Shown here piece after piece: positions 38,501 to 49,400 of a stretch of 64,000 nucleotides of DNA. Each line of letters opens with the position of its first letter. Within the stretch, counting starts at the first letter, position 1. The DNA is from a virus, in the IMG/VR virus record IMGVR_UViG_3300044639_001144. One strand, written 5' to 3'. The notes under the pieces are model-generated. The model searched no databases. It saw only the letters and a list, made by a program, of their open reading frames with translations, and was not told the origin of the DNA. Made by a program: the position numbers and the translations under genes.

Positions 38501-41500
38501 GCACTCGCTAATCCTGCTGTTAAAATATTGCCATGTATCGCATTACCTGTGCTTGACATGATGCCAGCTGTTAATACATTGCCACCAGTTACATTACCAG
38601 TAGCAGTTATTAGTCCGGCAGTTGAAATATTGCCACCAACAACGTTTGCTGCTGATGTAATTGTACTTGTTGCTGAAATCAATCCAGCTGTTAAAATATT
38701 ACCATGTATCGCATTACCAGTACTTGACATAATACCAGCAGTTAGTATATTGCCGCCTGTGATATTAGCAGCACTTGTGATAGTCGAAGTTGCTGAAATC
38801 AATCCAGCTGTTAATAAATTTCCGCCAGTTACATTACCACTTGCACTAATTGGTCCAGTAAAGTTTACGCCTGAGTCATAAAATACAGCAACTACGTTTG
38901 AACTTGCCCCAATACCAATACTTAAATTGCTACCACTAGTTGGAATATTAGCATAACTTCCGCCGTTGCTGATTTTGCTTGACGAAGCAGCTACGTTAAT
39001 ACCCGATAATAATGCGCCATTACCTAAGAAATAATTAGCTGTCGTAACGTTACCAGTAGCTGAAATTAATCCCACTGTAGTTACATTACCACCAATTACG
39101 TTGCCGGAAGCACTAACAACAGTACCTAATAAACTTGAACCGGTTACTGTGCCAGTAGCACTAACTAATCCGGCTGTTAATAAATTACCGCCTGTAATAT
39201 TTGCTGCTGAGGTAATTGTGCTTGTTGCGCTGATTAATCCTGCTGTTAAAACATTACCGCCAGTTACGTTACCAGATGCACTGACAACTCCCGTTACGTT
39301 AACGCCGGTCGCTGTGAATACTACAACATTACTTGTTCCGCTAATAGTAATATTAGCGTTACCGTTTAGTGCTGTGGTAATATTAGTATTACCGTTTGTT
39401 AATGCTGTTCCTGCCGTTGAGCTAATACCAGTTAGTTGACTACCGTTACCAATAAAGAAATTACCAGTTACATTACCAGTAGCAGTTATTAATCCAGCTG
39501 TTAAAATATTGCCATGTATCGCATTACCAGCACTACTCATAATACCAGCAGTTAATACATTTCCGCCGGTTACGTTACCGGTAGCAGTTACTAACCCAGC
39601 CGTTGTAATATTACCACCAACTACGTTTGCCGCTGATGTAATAGTACTCGTAGCACTAATTAATCCAGCTGTTAATAAGTTACCACCGACAATATTAGCA
39701 GCACTTGTAATAGTACTCGTAGCACTAATTAATCCAGCTGTTAGTAAATTGCCACCTGTAATATTTGCTGCACTTGTAATAGTACTTGTTGCTGAAATTA
39801 ATCCCGCTGTTAAAACATTACCACCAGTTACATTACCTGTAGCAGTTACCAAGCCAGCCGTAGTAATATTACCGCCAACAATATTGGCCGCTGATGTGAT
39901 AGTGCTTGTTGCTGATATTAACCCAGCAGTTAGTAAGTTACCGCCAGTAACATTTCCCGTAGCTGATACTAGTCCAGCTGTTCTGACATTACCCGCTTGA
40001 ACATTTCCTGTAACACTTACGTTAGCGCCTGTATTAACATTACCTGTTCCATTAGGAGTTAACACAATGTTAGCATTACCTGCACTAGTTTGAATATCTA
40101 ATTGACCTGAGTCAGTAATTGCTCCACTCAATAATAAGTTACCACCAGTAATATTACCGGTTGATACTGTTAAACTTGTTCCAGTTAATGCTGCGCCTGT
40201 TATGGCACCAGTTGAACTAATTAAACCTGCTGTTAGAAAATTACCACCGTAAACGTTGCCAGTTGCTGTTAATGTAGTTGATGCAATTACATTAGCGCCA
40301 GTGATGTTACCACTTGCGCCTGTTGTTGAAAAATTAGCACCAGTAATATTACCGCCAGCACTAATGTCAGTTATTGCGCCAATATTATTGCCATATACAT
40401 TACCAGACGCACTAACAACAGTACCCAATAAACTTGATCCTGTTACTGTGCCAGTAGCACTTACTAAACCAACAGTAGTAATATTACCACCAATTACGTT
40501 TGCGGCTGATGTAATTGTTCCTGTTGAACTAATCAATCCTGCTGTTAGTAAATTACCGCCGGCAATATTACCGGCTACAGTTAATACATTACCCACTGTG
40601 TTAAATGTCAATCCAGCAGTAGCAGCTAAGTTACCACTATTATTAAATTGTACCTGTGTATTGGCACCAGCAGCAGTTACGTTACCGCTAATACTACCCG
40701 CAAATGTACCAACGAAGAATCCAGCCGTTGTAATATTACCAGTTGCTGATACTATGCCAGCTGTTAAAATATTTCCATGTATGGCGTTACCTGTGCTGCT
40801 CATCACACCAGCAGTTAAAATATTACCGCCATATACGTTGCCGGTTGCAGTAACGCCAGCACCGGTTGTTAGGTTACCAACTGCACTAATACCTAAACTA
40901 GATACCCAGACATTTGAGGCTGTGTTGTACAATAATGTTGCATATTCAGCACCTAACGGACCTACTCCAATACCGCCATTGTTAGCCGCTGTTGCATTGG
41001 CCGCATTATTGGCCATGTTAATTTGTAAATCGTTTGTGGTAATTGTATTTGAGTTAATAGTAGTTGTTGTACCATTAACGGTCAAGTTACCTGTAATGAC
41101 CACGTTACCATCTGTGCCACCTGATCCATTTGGATCAATAGTTAGAGTTGGACCTGCTCCTACAATTGTATTGCCGCTTATTACAATACCACCAACTGAT
41201 AGTGTTCCGCTTGTAGTAAAGTTACCACCTGTAGTATTGCCAGTAACACTTAAACTTGTTAATGTACCTAAACTAGTAACGTTAGGTTGTGCGATAGTAG
41301 TTAATGTACCAGTAACCAATGTACCTGATAAATTACCACCAGTAATATTGCCCGATGCGCTAATAACACCTGTTACATATTCACCAGTCGGAGAAAATAC
41401 AGCAACATTGCCTACGCCACTTACTGAAACAGTTATGTTCGCAGCAGCAGCGGCAATATTAACATTACTATTGCCATTTGTTACGTTTGATACTGATGTA

Positions 41501-42246
41501 ATAACACCAGTTAATTGTGAACCATTGCCTAAAATATAGTTACCAGTTACGTTGCCAGTTGCTGAAACTAATCCGGCAGTTGTGATATTGCCACCAATTA
41601 CGTTACCGCTTGCTGATACAACAGTACCTAGTACACTTGATCCTGTAACAGTTCCTGTTGCTGAAACTAACCCAGCTGTTGTAATATTGCCACCAATTAA
41701 ATTGCCGGTAGCACTTACCGCACCACTTGAAAATACATTACCAAGTGAAATGTTACCATTAGCATTGGTGACTGGAATAGCATTTCCGGCATAAGTCAGT
41801 TGAGTAGCATTTCCAGTTAACTGAACTCCGCCGATATAAATTGATGTATTGCTTACATAAAGATGTTGCCAAGTATTTGTCGCATTACCTAATGAATATG
41901 TGTTAGCAGCAGATGGAATAATGTTGCCATTAAATCCTGTGCTTAAATAAGCTAAAACGTTGCTGTTGCTGTATGCACCAACAATACTATTAGCAGTAAT
42001 ACCTGTTAATTGACTACCATTACCAAAGTAATAGTTACCAGTAATATTTCCCAGTGCGCTAACAATGCCACTTGTAAGAATATTACCGCCTACGACATTT
42101 CCGCCTGCCGAAATATTAGCTGAAGCCGACAGATTTACGAATCCTGTGGCAGTTCTTGTCCATGCGTTAGACGCAGATGAGTAAACATATGTTATATTAT
42201 TAACTACTGCTGTCTGTCCGTCGGTTGGTGAGGTTGGAAATGCCAT
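35590..42246 (-). CDS. Giant repetitive tail fibre (2218 aa) with a C-terminal chaperone domain
   Basis: N-terminal MAFPTSPTDGQ, the same repeats, a PSVGDFWY module, SAQYADLAE C-terminal domain; 1-nt TAATG overlap with the next gene. Confidence 0.85.
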   Translation of the reverse strand: MAFPTSPTDGQTAVVNNITYVYSSASNAWTRTATGFVNLSASANISAGGNVVGGNILTSGIVSALGNITGNYYFGNGSQLTGITANSIVGAYSNSNVLAYLSTGFNGNIIPSAANTYSLGNATNTWQHLYVSNTSIYIGGVQLTGNATQLTYAGNAIPVTNANGNISLGNVFSSGAVSATGNLIGGNITTAGLVSATGTVTGSSVLGTVVSASGNVIGGNITTAGLVSATGNVTGNYILGNGSQLTGVITSVSNVTNGNSNVNIAAAAANITVSVSGVGNVAVFSPTGEYVTGVISASGNITGGNLSGTLVTGTLTTIAQPNVTSLGTLTSLSVTGNTTGGNFTTSGTLSVGGIVISGNTIVGAGPTLTIDPNGSGGTDGNVVITGNLTVNGTTTTINSNTITTNDLQINMANNAANATAANNGGIGVGPLGAEYATLLYNTASNVWVSSLGISAVGNLTTGAGVTATGNVYGGNILTAGVMSSTGNAIHGNILTAGIVSATGNITTAGFFVGTFAGSISGNVTAAGANTQVQFNNSGNLAATAGLTFNTVGNVLTVAGNIAGGNLLTAGLISSTGTITSAANVIGGNITTVGLVSATGTVTGSSLLGTVVSASGNVYGNNIGAITDISAGGNITGANFSTTGASGNITGANVIASTTLTATGNVYGGNFLTAGLISSTGAITGAALTGTSLTVSTGNITGGNLLLSGAITDSGQLDIQTSAGNANIVLTPNGTGNVNTGANVSVTGNVQAGNVRTAGLVSATGNVTGGNLLTAGLISATSTITSAANIVGGNITTAGLVTATGNVTGGNVLTAGLISATSTITSAANITGGNLLTAGLISATSTITSAANIVGGNLLTAGLISATSTITSAANVVGGNITTAGLVTATGNVTGGNVLTAGIMSSAGNAIHGNILTAGLITATGNVTGNFFIGNGSQLTGISSTAGTALTNGNTNITTALNGNANITISGTSNVVVFTATGVNVTGVVSASGNVTGGNVLTAGLISATSTITSAANITGGNLLTAGLVSATGTVTGSSLLGTVVSASGNVIGGNVTTVGLISATGNVTTANYFLGNGALLSGINVAASSSKISNGGSYANIPTSGSNLSIGIGASSNVVAVFYDSGVNFTGPISASGNVTGGNLLTAGLISATSTITSAANITGGNILTAGIMSSTGNAIHGNILTAGLISATSTITSAANVVGGNISTAGLITATGNVTGGNVLTAGIMSSTGNAIHGNILTAGLASATGNVIGGNVTTAGLISATGNITGGNLSGTLVTGTLATAAQPNVTSVGTLTSLSITGNTTGGNFTTGGTLSVGGIVISGNTIVGAGPTLTIDPNGSGGTDGNVVITGNLTVNGTTTTINSNTITTNDLQINMANNAANSTAANNGGIGVGPVGAEYATWLYNTASNVWISSLGISSVGNVTAGLGITATGNLAGGNVLTAGIMSSTGNAIHGNILTAGQVSATGNITTAGFFVGTFAGSISGNVTAAGANTQVQFNNSGNLAATAGLTFNTVGNVLSVTGNVVGANLLTAGLISSTGTITSAANVIGGNITTAGLVTATGNVTGGNVLTAGIMSSTGNAIHGNILTAGLISATSTITSAANIIGGNLLTAGLISATSTITSAANIIGGNITTAGLISATGAITGAALTGTSLTVSTGNITGGNLLLSGAITDSGQLDIQTSAGNANIVLTPNGTGNVNTGANLSVTGNVQAGNVRTAGLVSATGNVAGGNILTAGIISATGNITGNFILGNGSQLTGIITSVSNVTNGNSNVNISAAAANVTISVSGVGNVVVFAPTGEYVTGLLSVSGNVTGGNVLTAGLISATSTITSAANITGGNILTAGIVSSTGNITGGNIVSSGIISTSGNIFGGGIRSTSSSTAPSSPSVGDFWYNTDTNVQYRFTFDGTSYYWIDDFGASTGMNGTFNAITNGTSNVTASASANITVGVAGTPNVVVWATTGQYVTGIVSATGNVIGGNITTAGLISATGNVSGGNLNVTGNIVDTGALTIITGSNGNIALTPNGTGIVTVSSNVSITGNVIGGNLSVGTGTITVGNIVNSNANAVGNIGSASNYFNTVFAKSTSAQYADLAETYIADAGYAPGTLVIFGGADEITASTVSHDTRVAGIISTAPAYLMNSGAVGLPVALTGRVPCSVVGTIRKGDRLVASDIKGVATALDITKYLPGCIIGKALENYDLDSTGVIEVAVGRY

Positions 42247-42274
42247 TATGAATCCTTTGTTAAACTGCTATTCT

Positions 42275-42282
42275 TATTTATA
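42275..42282 (-). promoter_or_regulatory. T4-type late promoter TATAAATA
   Basis: Exact consensus followed by an AAGGA SD and the ATG at 42246. Confidence 0.75.
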
Positions 42283-42296
42283 GTATCGTACATACG

Positions 42297-43334
42297 TTAC
42301 CATGTGCCTATAGGAGATCGTTTCCATGTGTTTGTGGCTATACAAACGTATACATAGTTAGAATCCCATGCTATTTGCCCTGCTACTCCCGTGGCCGAAC
42401 TACTAGCCGGAGTGAAACTTGTTGTTACATTTAATGCTGATGTATAAAATCCTGTGTTGGCAAAAACTGCTACATTACTGGTACCATTAATGCTAACCGC
42501 AGCATTTGAATTAGTATTAGCAATGGTAATATTACTAGTTCCATTAGTAACTGCACTAAACGAACCGTTAATTCCTAAGGTTGAGCCATAATCATCTAAC
42601 CAAAAATAGTCTGTTCCATCAAAAGTATAGCGATATTGTGCGTTTGTACTAGTATCGTACCAAAAATCACCCACGCTAGGATTACTAGGAGGTGTTGGAC
42701 TAGAAGTTGATCGTATACCACCACCAAATATATTGCCAGCAGCACTGATAATATTAGTGGCAAAAACACTATTACCTGTTATATTTCCAGTAACACTTGG
42801 ATTGTTTGACAAACTAAATGTAATAATGTCAGCAGCAGCGTTGCCTGTAATTGAAATATTATTGCCGCTTCCAAAAGATACTGTGCTACTAACACCGTTG
42901 GCAACAACATTTCCGCTGCCAACTACATTAATAATACTAAATGAATTGCCTGTATTTTGTAGAAAAGTTAATCCTGTAATTCCTATTACAATAGGATCGT
43001 CAGTGACTAATTTCCAAGAAGTATCGCCCCATTCGGTACCTTCTGTGACCATTACAATCATACCAGCATTAATTTCACCGGTTTGATTGGCATCAGATGT
43101 TCTTACCCAAGTTCCATTGCTACCAGAACCAACTGTAGCAACATCATACAGTCCATTTTGACTGGTAGTAGTTTGTCCTGTAACTAGTATACGATCACCC
43201 GCGACGAGGCTTACACCATCAACTGTACTAGGAGCTCCGCCCCCAAGTGCTACATTTGTTGTTGTAAGAACTCTAACCGATTGTTTATAATCAATGTCTG
43301 ATATCTGTTCAGCACGGATTCGTGTTAAGCCCAT
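42297..43334 (-). CDS. Tail fibre connector/adaptor protein (345 aa)
   Basis: DYKQSVRVLTT..DGVSL..GDRILV..Q...QNGLY fibre domain, PSVGDFWY module, C-terminal GQIAWDSNYVYVC..TNTWKR. Confidence 0.8.
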   Translation of the reverse strand: MGLTRIRAEQISDIDYKQSVRVLTTTNVALGGGAPSTVDGVSLVAGDRILVTGQTTTSQNGLYDVATVGSGSNGTWVRTSDANQTGEINAGMIVMVTEGTEWGDTSWKLVTDDPIVIGITGLTFLQNTGNSFSIINVVGSGNVVANGVSSTVSFGSGNNISITGNAAADIITFSLSNNPSVTGNITGNSVFATNIISAAGNIFGGGIRSTSSPTPPSNPSVGDFWYDTSTNAQYRYTFDGTDYFWLDDYGSTLGINGSFSAVTNGTSNITIANTNSNAAVSINGTSNVAVFANTGFYTSALNVTTSFTPASSSATGVAGQIAWDSNYVYVCIATNTWKRSPIGTW

Positions 43335-43364
43335 CTATTTTCCTGTTATTAGTATTATTTAGTT

Positions 43365-43395
43365 AAAACAAAGGGACCATAGGTCCCAGTGTTTT
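43365..43395 (-). terminator. Intrinsic terminator after the 2148-aa fibre gene
   Basis: GGGACC-TAT-GGTCCC followed by TTTGTTTT; a CTAAATA box follows at 43356-43362. Confidence 0.75.
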
Positions 43396-43416
43396 TAAAT
43401 TAAGTTGGGTTATAGA

Positions 43417-46400
43417 TTATCTAATACCAACTACAACCTCTATAATACCATTTTCGCCAGTAAAATCAGCAAGAGCTTTACCAATTACTGTACCAACTGC
43501 TGGATTTGCTTCAGCACGAGCTGTACCGTTGCCATTACTTACTAGCATATCACCCTTACGCACAGTGCCGGTTACGCTACATGGAACACGCCCTTGTAAG
43601 GCCACGGCCACAACATTTTCACCAATTAATCCGCTGTTCATTAAGTAACTTGGATTAGTTGATACAATGCCAGCTACTTTAGCATCGCTAGCAACAGTAC
43701 TTCCTGTTACTTCTAATTCACCACCAAACGATACTACTGTTCCAGGAGCATATTCTGCGTCTGCTAAGTATAATTCAGCTAAGTCAGCGTATAAGGCTGA
43801 GGTTGATTGAGCAAATACTCTGTTAAAGTAGTTACTTGAGCTACCAATATTTCCTACTGCATTACCATTTGAATTAACAATATTTCCTGCTGTAATTGTA
43901 CCTGTACCAACTGACAAGTTACCACCGTTTATATTTCCAGTTGCTGATATTAATCCAGCTGTTCTGACATTACCTGCTTGAACATTACCAGTAACACTTA
44001 CGTTAGCACCTGTATTAACATTACCTGTGCCGTTTGGAGTTAATACAATATTAGAATTAGCAGCACTAGTTTGAATATCTAATTGACCTGAGTCAGTAAT
44101 TGCTCCACTTAGCAGCAAGTTACCACCAGTAATATTACCAGTTGATACCGTTAAATTTGTTCCAGTTAATGCTGCGCCTGTTATGGCGCCAGTTGAACTA
44201 ATTAAACCTGCTGTTAGAAGATTGCCACCAGTAATGTTTGCTGTTACAGCTAAACTACCCAAAGTACCAACTGAAGTAATACTTGTTTGTGATGCTGTGG
44301 CAATAGTACCAATTAAACTAGCACCAGAGACATTACCAACAGCACTAATACCTAAACTTGATACCCAAACATTCGCAGATGTGTTATACAGCAATGTCGC
44401 ATATGCCGAACCTACTGGCCCAACCTCAATTCCACCGTTATTAGCAGCGGTAGAGTTAGCAGCATTATTGGCCATGTTAATTTGTAAATCGTTTGTACTA
44501 ATTGTATTTGAATTAATAGTTGTAGTAGTACCATTAACTGTCAAGTTACCAGTAATAACCACGTTACCATCAGTTCCACCTGATCCATTTGGATCAATAG
44601 TTAGAGTAGGGCCAACACCTACGATTAAGTTACCACTTAATGTAATACCTCCAACTGATATTGTGCCAGCCGTAGTAAAGTTGCCGCCAGTAGTATTACC
44701 TGTTACACTTAAACTACCCAATGTGCCAACGCTAGTAATACTTGTTTGTGATGCTGTGGCAATAGTACCAATTAAACTAGCACCAGAGACATTACCAGTA
44801 GCTGAAATTAATCCACCTGTCAATAAGTTGCCGCCAGTAGTATTACCTGTTACACTTAAACTTGTTAATGTACCTAAACTAGTAACATTAGCTTGAGCAT
44901 TACCTGTTACAGTAGCCGCAGTAGTAGCTGACCCTGCAGTAGTGGCTGATCCTGCCGAAGTTGCGTAAGTTGCGTTAGCCACTGTGCCAGTTACATTACC
45001 GCCTGCTATGCTTGATAATGTTGCGCCATTGCCCACAAAATAATTACCAATAATATTACCAGTGGCACTTACTGTTGTTGCAGTAACATTACCGCCTGAT
45101 ATATTACCATTGGCATTTTGTGTTACAATTGGTGCGCCACCAAAACTTAATGTTGTGGCATTAGCAGTAATATTAGATCCACCAATGAATATTGTGTTGC
45201 CACTTATCCATAAGTTACTCCAACGATTAGTACTGTTACCTAAACTTTGTGTATTATTACCATTAGGATTTAAATTACCAGTTACTGTGATTTGCGTTGC
45301 GCTAACATTAATAACGTTTGAATTACCAACCGCCATGTAAATGTCTCCACCAGGAGAAGCAATGTTAACTTGGCTATTGCCACTTTGAATTCTTGATGCT
45401 ACAACATTACCACCACCTACGTTTGTAAGATATGTACCATCTCCGTAAATGAATCCATTTCCAGAATTAACTACTAAATTACCCGTAATAGCAACGTTAG
45501 CATTTGAATCAGTTACACCTATCACAGCGTTTCCACTGCTGTTACTAATACTCATTACAGATGTAGTAGTTGTAATTTCACGAACATCGATTGTATCGCC
45601 AACTACGGGTGCTTCTGTAAATGTCAATACACAAGTAGGATCCACTCCGCTTACTGAATATGCGGTAGTTGGAATTTGAACAATACCGTTAATAGTAACA
45701 ATACAACTATCAGTAGTTTGACTTGAACCTAAGGTAAACGCAGTAGTAACTCCGTCGCCATTAAATTGTTCATTTTGAATAATAGTGAATTCACTGCCAC
45801 TAACATCAACCCAAACAGATCCATTCCATACTTCCAAGTAACTAAATGATGTATTCCATCGGAACATACCAATTGCTGGAGATCCAGGACGCTGAGCAGT
45901 ATTACCAACTGGTAGTAACATAGAGTCTGTGGCATTAATTGCCAGTGTAGCACCTGTTGTTTGTGTAACATTAGCACCTAGTGTTACTGAGTTAGCTGCT
46001 GTATCAACTAGGAAAGTTGTACTAGATTGGATATTGCCAGTAGAACTTATAATGCCAGCAGTTAAAATATTGCCGCTAGTTAAATTGCCAGTAGAACTAA
46101 ACTCGCCAACTGTTAATACGTTTCCTGCTATAACATTACCAGTAGCACTAAATTCTCCACCAGACAATACATTTCCACTAGCACTAACGTTACCTGTGCT
46201 TACATTGCCACTAGTAACATTACCGCCCACGCTTACATTTGTTATACCATAAATGTTATTAGCTGTTACATCTAAAGAAACACTTAAATTAGAAACTACA
46301 TTACCTGATAAACTTAATTGATTAGCATTAATACTAGCATTAGTATCGACATTTCCCAATAAAGTCACACCTTGATCGTAAAATGTAGCAACTACATTTG

Positions 46401-49400
46401 AACCACCACCAACAGCAATGACTAAATTGCCATCTGCGCTCGCAATATTAGCATAACTTCCGCCGTTACTGATCTTAGTTGAAGAAACGTTAGCAGCATT
46501 AATGTTACTGATATATGCGCCATCGCCAATGAAGTAATTTCCAGTTGAAATATTACCAAGGGCACTCATTTGTCCCGATGTATCAATGTTACCAACAGTA
46601 ACATTGCCACTTGTGCTGATAATACCAGATCCAACTAATACATTACCACCTGTTATATTTCCAGAAGCACTTACAGTAACTGAACTAACAAGGTTACCAG
46701 TAATATTACCAGAAGAACTTACATCTCCGCCTGTTAATATATTTCCACCTGTAATATTACCTGCTGCTGATACACTAGCTGTTGTAAATAAATTATTTGA
46801 AGTAACATTGCCTGTAACATTCAATCCGCTAGTTACATTGCCACTTAAACTTAGCGTATTTCCATTTAATGCGTTATTAGAAACAATATTTCCAAACGCC
46901 GAAACATCGGCAACAGCAACTAAATTACCAGCCGCTACATTACCAGTTACATTCAATGTAGATGTTACATTGCCACTTAGACTTAACGTATTTCCATTTA
47001 ATGCGTTATTAGAAACAATATTTCCCAATGCCGAAACATCATATACAGAAACTACATTACCTGAAATAATATTACCAGTTACATTCAATGTTGATGTTAC
47101 ATTGCCACTTAAACTTAAATTGCCGGTATTAACAACAGTAAGAGCATTAATTACATTTCCTGTAATTTGATTATCAACGTTTAAATTGCCAAGTACATTA
47201 CCGCTTAATGAAATATTAGTAACTGAAATATTGCCAGCAGAAAGATTTCCAGTAACGCTAAATGTAGTCGCATTTATAACATTACCTGTTATACTACCAG
47301 TGACACTTAAACTTGATCCCGTCGCATCACCAATATTTGGTGTAACTAGTGGAGCATTAGCAGGAATGTAAAGTTGATTGCTACCATTTCTACTGATAGT
47401 ACTGCCATCATATAATGCGTCAATAACTGTGCCAGTTACACTGATTGCGTTACCACCAGTATATTGACCAGCACCAGAAAATTGAGACCAAAGAATTTGT
47501 GTTGTACCAACGGTAATTGGATTATTAGTTATACATACCCAACCAGTATCTGCTTGAGTTGAACCATATTCAACAAAAGTAAATGACGATGCCATTTCTG
47601 TGCCGATATCAAAATCAATGGCACGAGTCAATACATACGCAACACTTGGACTGCCCGCTGTTGTAACGGTATAGATACCGTTAAACGCAGCTGATTGTGT
47701 TGTGTTATTGACAAATGCGCCAACTTCATTTTTAATTAATACACGTTCGCCTGCTGATACTACGGTACCATCAATTGTTAAGTTACCAACTGCGGCTCCT
47801 GTTAGGGTTGCGCCAACACCGCTTGATCCATTATTGTAAGTATAGCCACCGCCAAAAATGTTGCCTGTAGTAGCATAAGCCACCGATGCTTTAAGATCAA
47901 GTCCCTGCGCTACACTATCAACATATTGTTTGTTTGCTACATCTAATGCCGCAACAGGATCTGGTACGTTTGTAATCCATGTATTACCAGCATTAATGTT
48001 ACCAGTTACACTAAATTGTAATCCCGCGTATGTGCTGGTAACAATAAGTGTGTTACCCGTAATAGCATTACCAACAAAAGTTTGATTTGTGATAATATTT
48101 CCGGCAGCACTTATAATATTTCCAGAATATACATTACCTGTATAAACGCCACCAACTGCGCTAACATCAGCAGCAGAAATTAAGTTTCCGGCAGATACAT
48201 TACCCGTTGCTGTCATGAAACCAGATGTTGATACATTTCCAACGGTAACAGTTCCTGTAGAACTAATTACACCAGGAGTGGCAATATTGCCAGCTGCTAC
48301 ATTGCCTGTTACGTTTAATGCGCTAGTTACGTTGCCACTTAGATTTAATGTATTTCCATTTAATGCGCTGTTTGCGACAATGTTACCTAGTGCCGAAACA
48401 TCGGTAGTTGCAACAATATATTGTGCAATTACATTGCCAGTTACGTTTAATGCTGATGTTACATTGCCACTTAGGCTTAATGAATTAGCATTAATTGCTG
48501 CGTTTGTCGAAACATCACCGACAAAACTTATTCCTGTATCATAGAAAGTGGCAACTACATTTGAACTTGCGCCAACAGCAATGACTAGGTTGCCATCTAC
48601 ACTGGCAATGTTCGCATATGTATTACCGTTTGAAATTTTTGTTGATGAAACGTTGGCTGCGTTAATATTACTGATATATGCGCCATCGCCAATGAAATAA
48701 TTTGCGGTTTGAATATTACCAACTGCGCTTACTAACCCGGCAGTCAATAAATTAGCACCATACACATTACCAGTTGCTGTCAATGTTGTCGCAGCAATTA
48801 CATTAGCACCAGTAATATTGCCTGATGCGCCTGTTGTTGAAAAATTCGCAGCGGTAACATTTCCGCCAGCACTAATATCTGTTGTTGCGCTAACATTGTT
48901 GCCATATACATTACCAGTAGCACTTAAATTGTTTACTGCGCTAATATTATTGGCTGTAATGTTACTTGTTACGTTTAAATCGCTGGTTACGTTGCCACTT
49001 AAACTTAATGTATTTCCATTTACTGCGTTATTAGCAACAATATTACCCAATGCTGAAACATCGGTAATAGCCACTAGATTACCGGCGGTAGCTGTGCCAG
49101 TAGCACTTACATTACCAGTAAAATCAACTCCATTGTTATAAAACGTTGAAACCAATACATTGGCAATTGTAATTACCAAGTTACTATCAACAGACCCAAT
49201 GTTAGCTGAACTATTTCCGTTACTAATCTTAGTCGCAGAAACGTTTGCAGCGTTAATATTACTAATATATGCGCCATCGCCAATAAGGAAATTGGCTGTA
49301 GTAATATTTCCAGTAGAACTTATTTGTCCTGTAGTAGCAATATTGCCAACAGTAATATTACCAGAAATATTCAATGGACTTACAATATTACCGCCTATTG

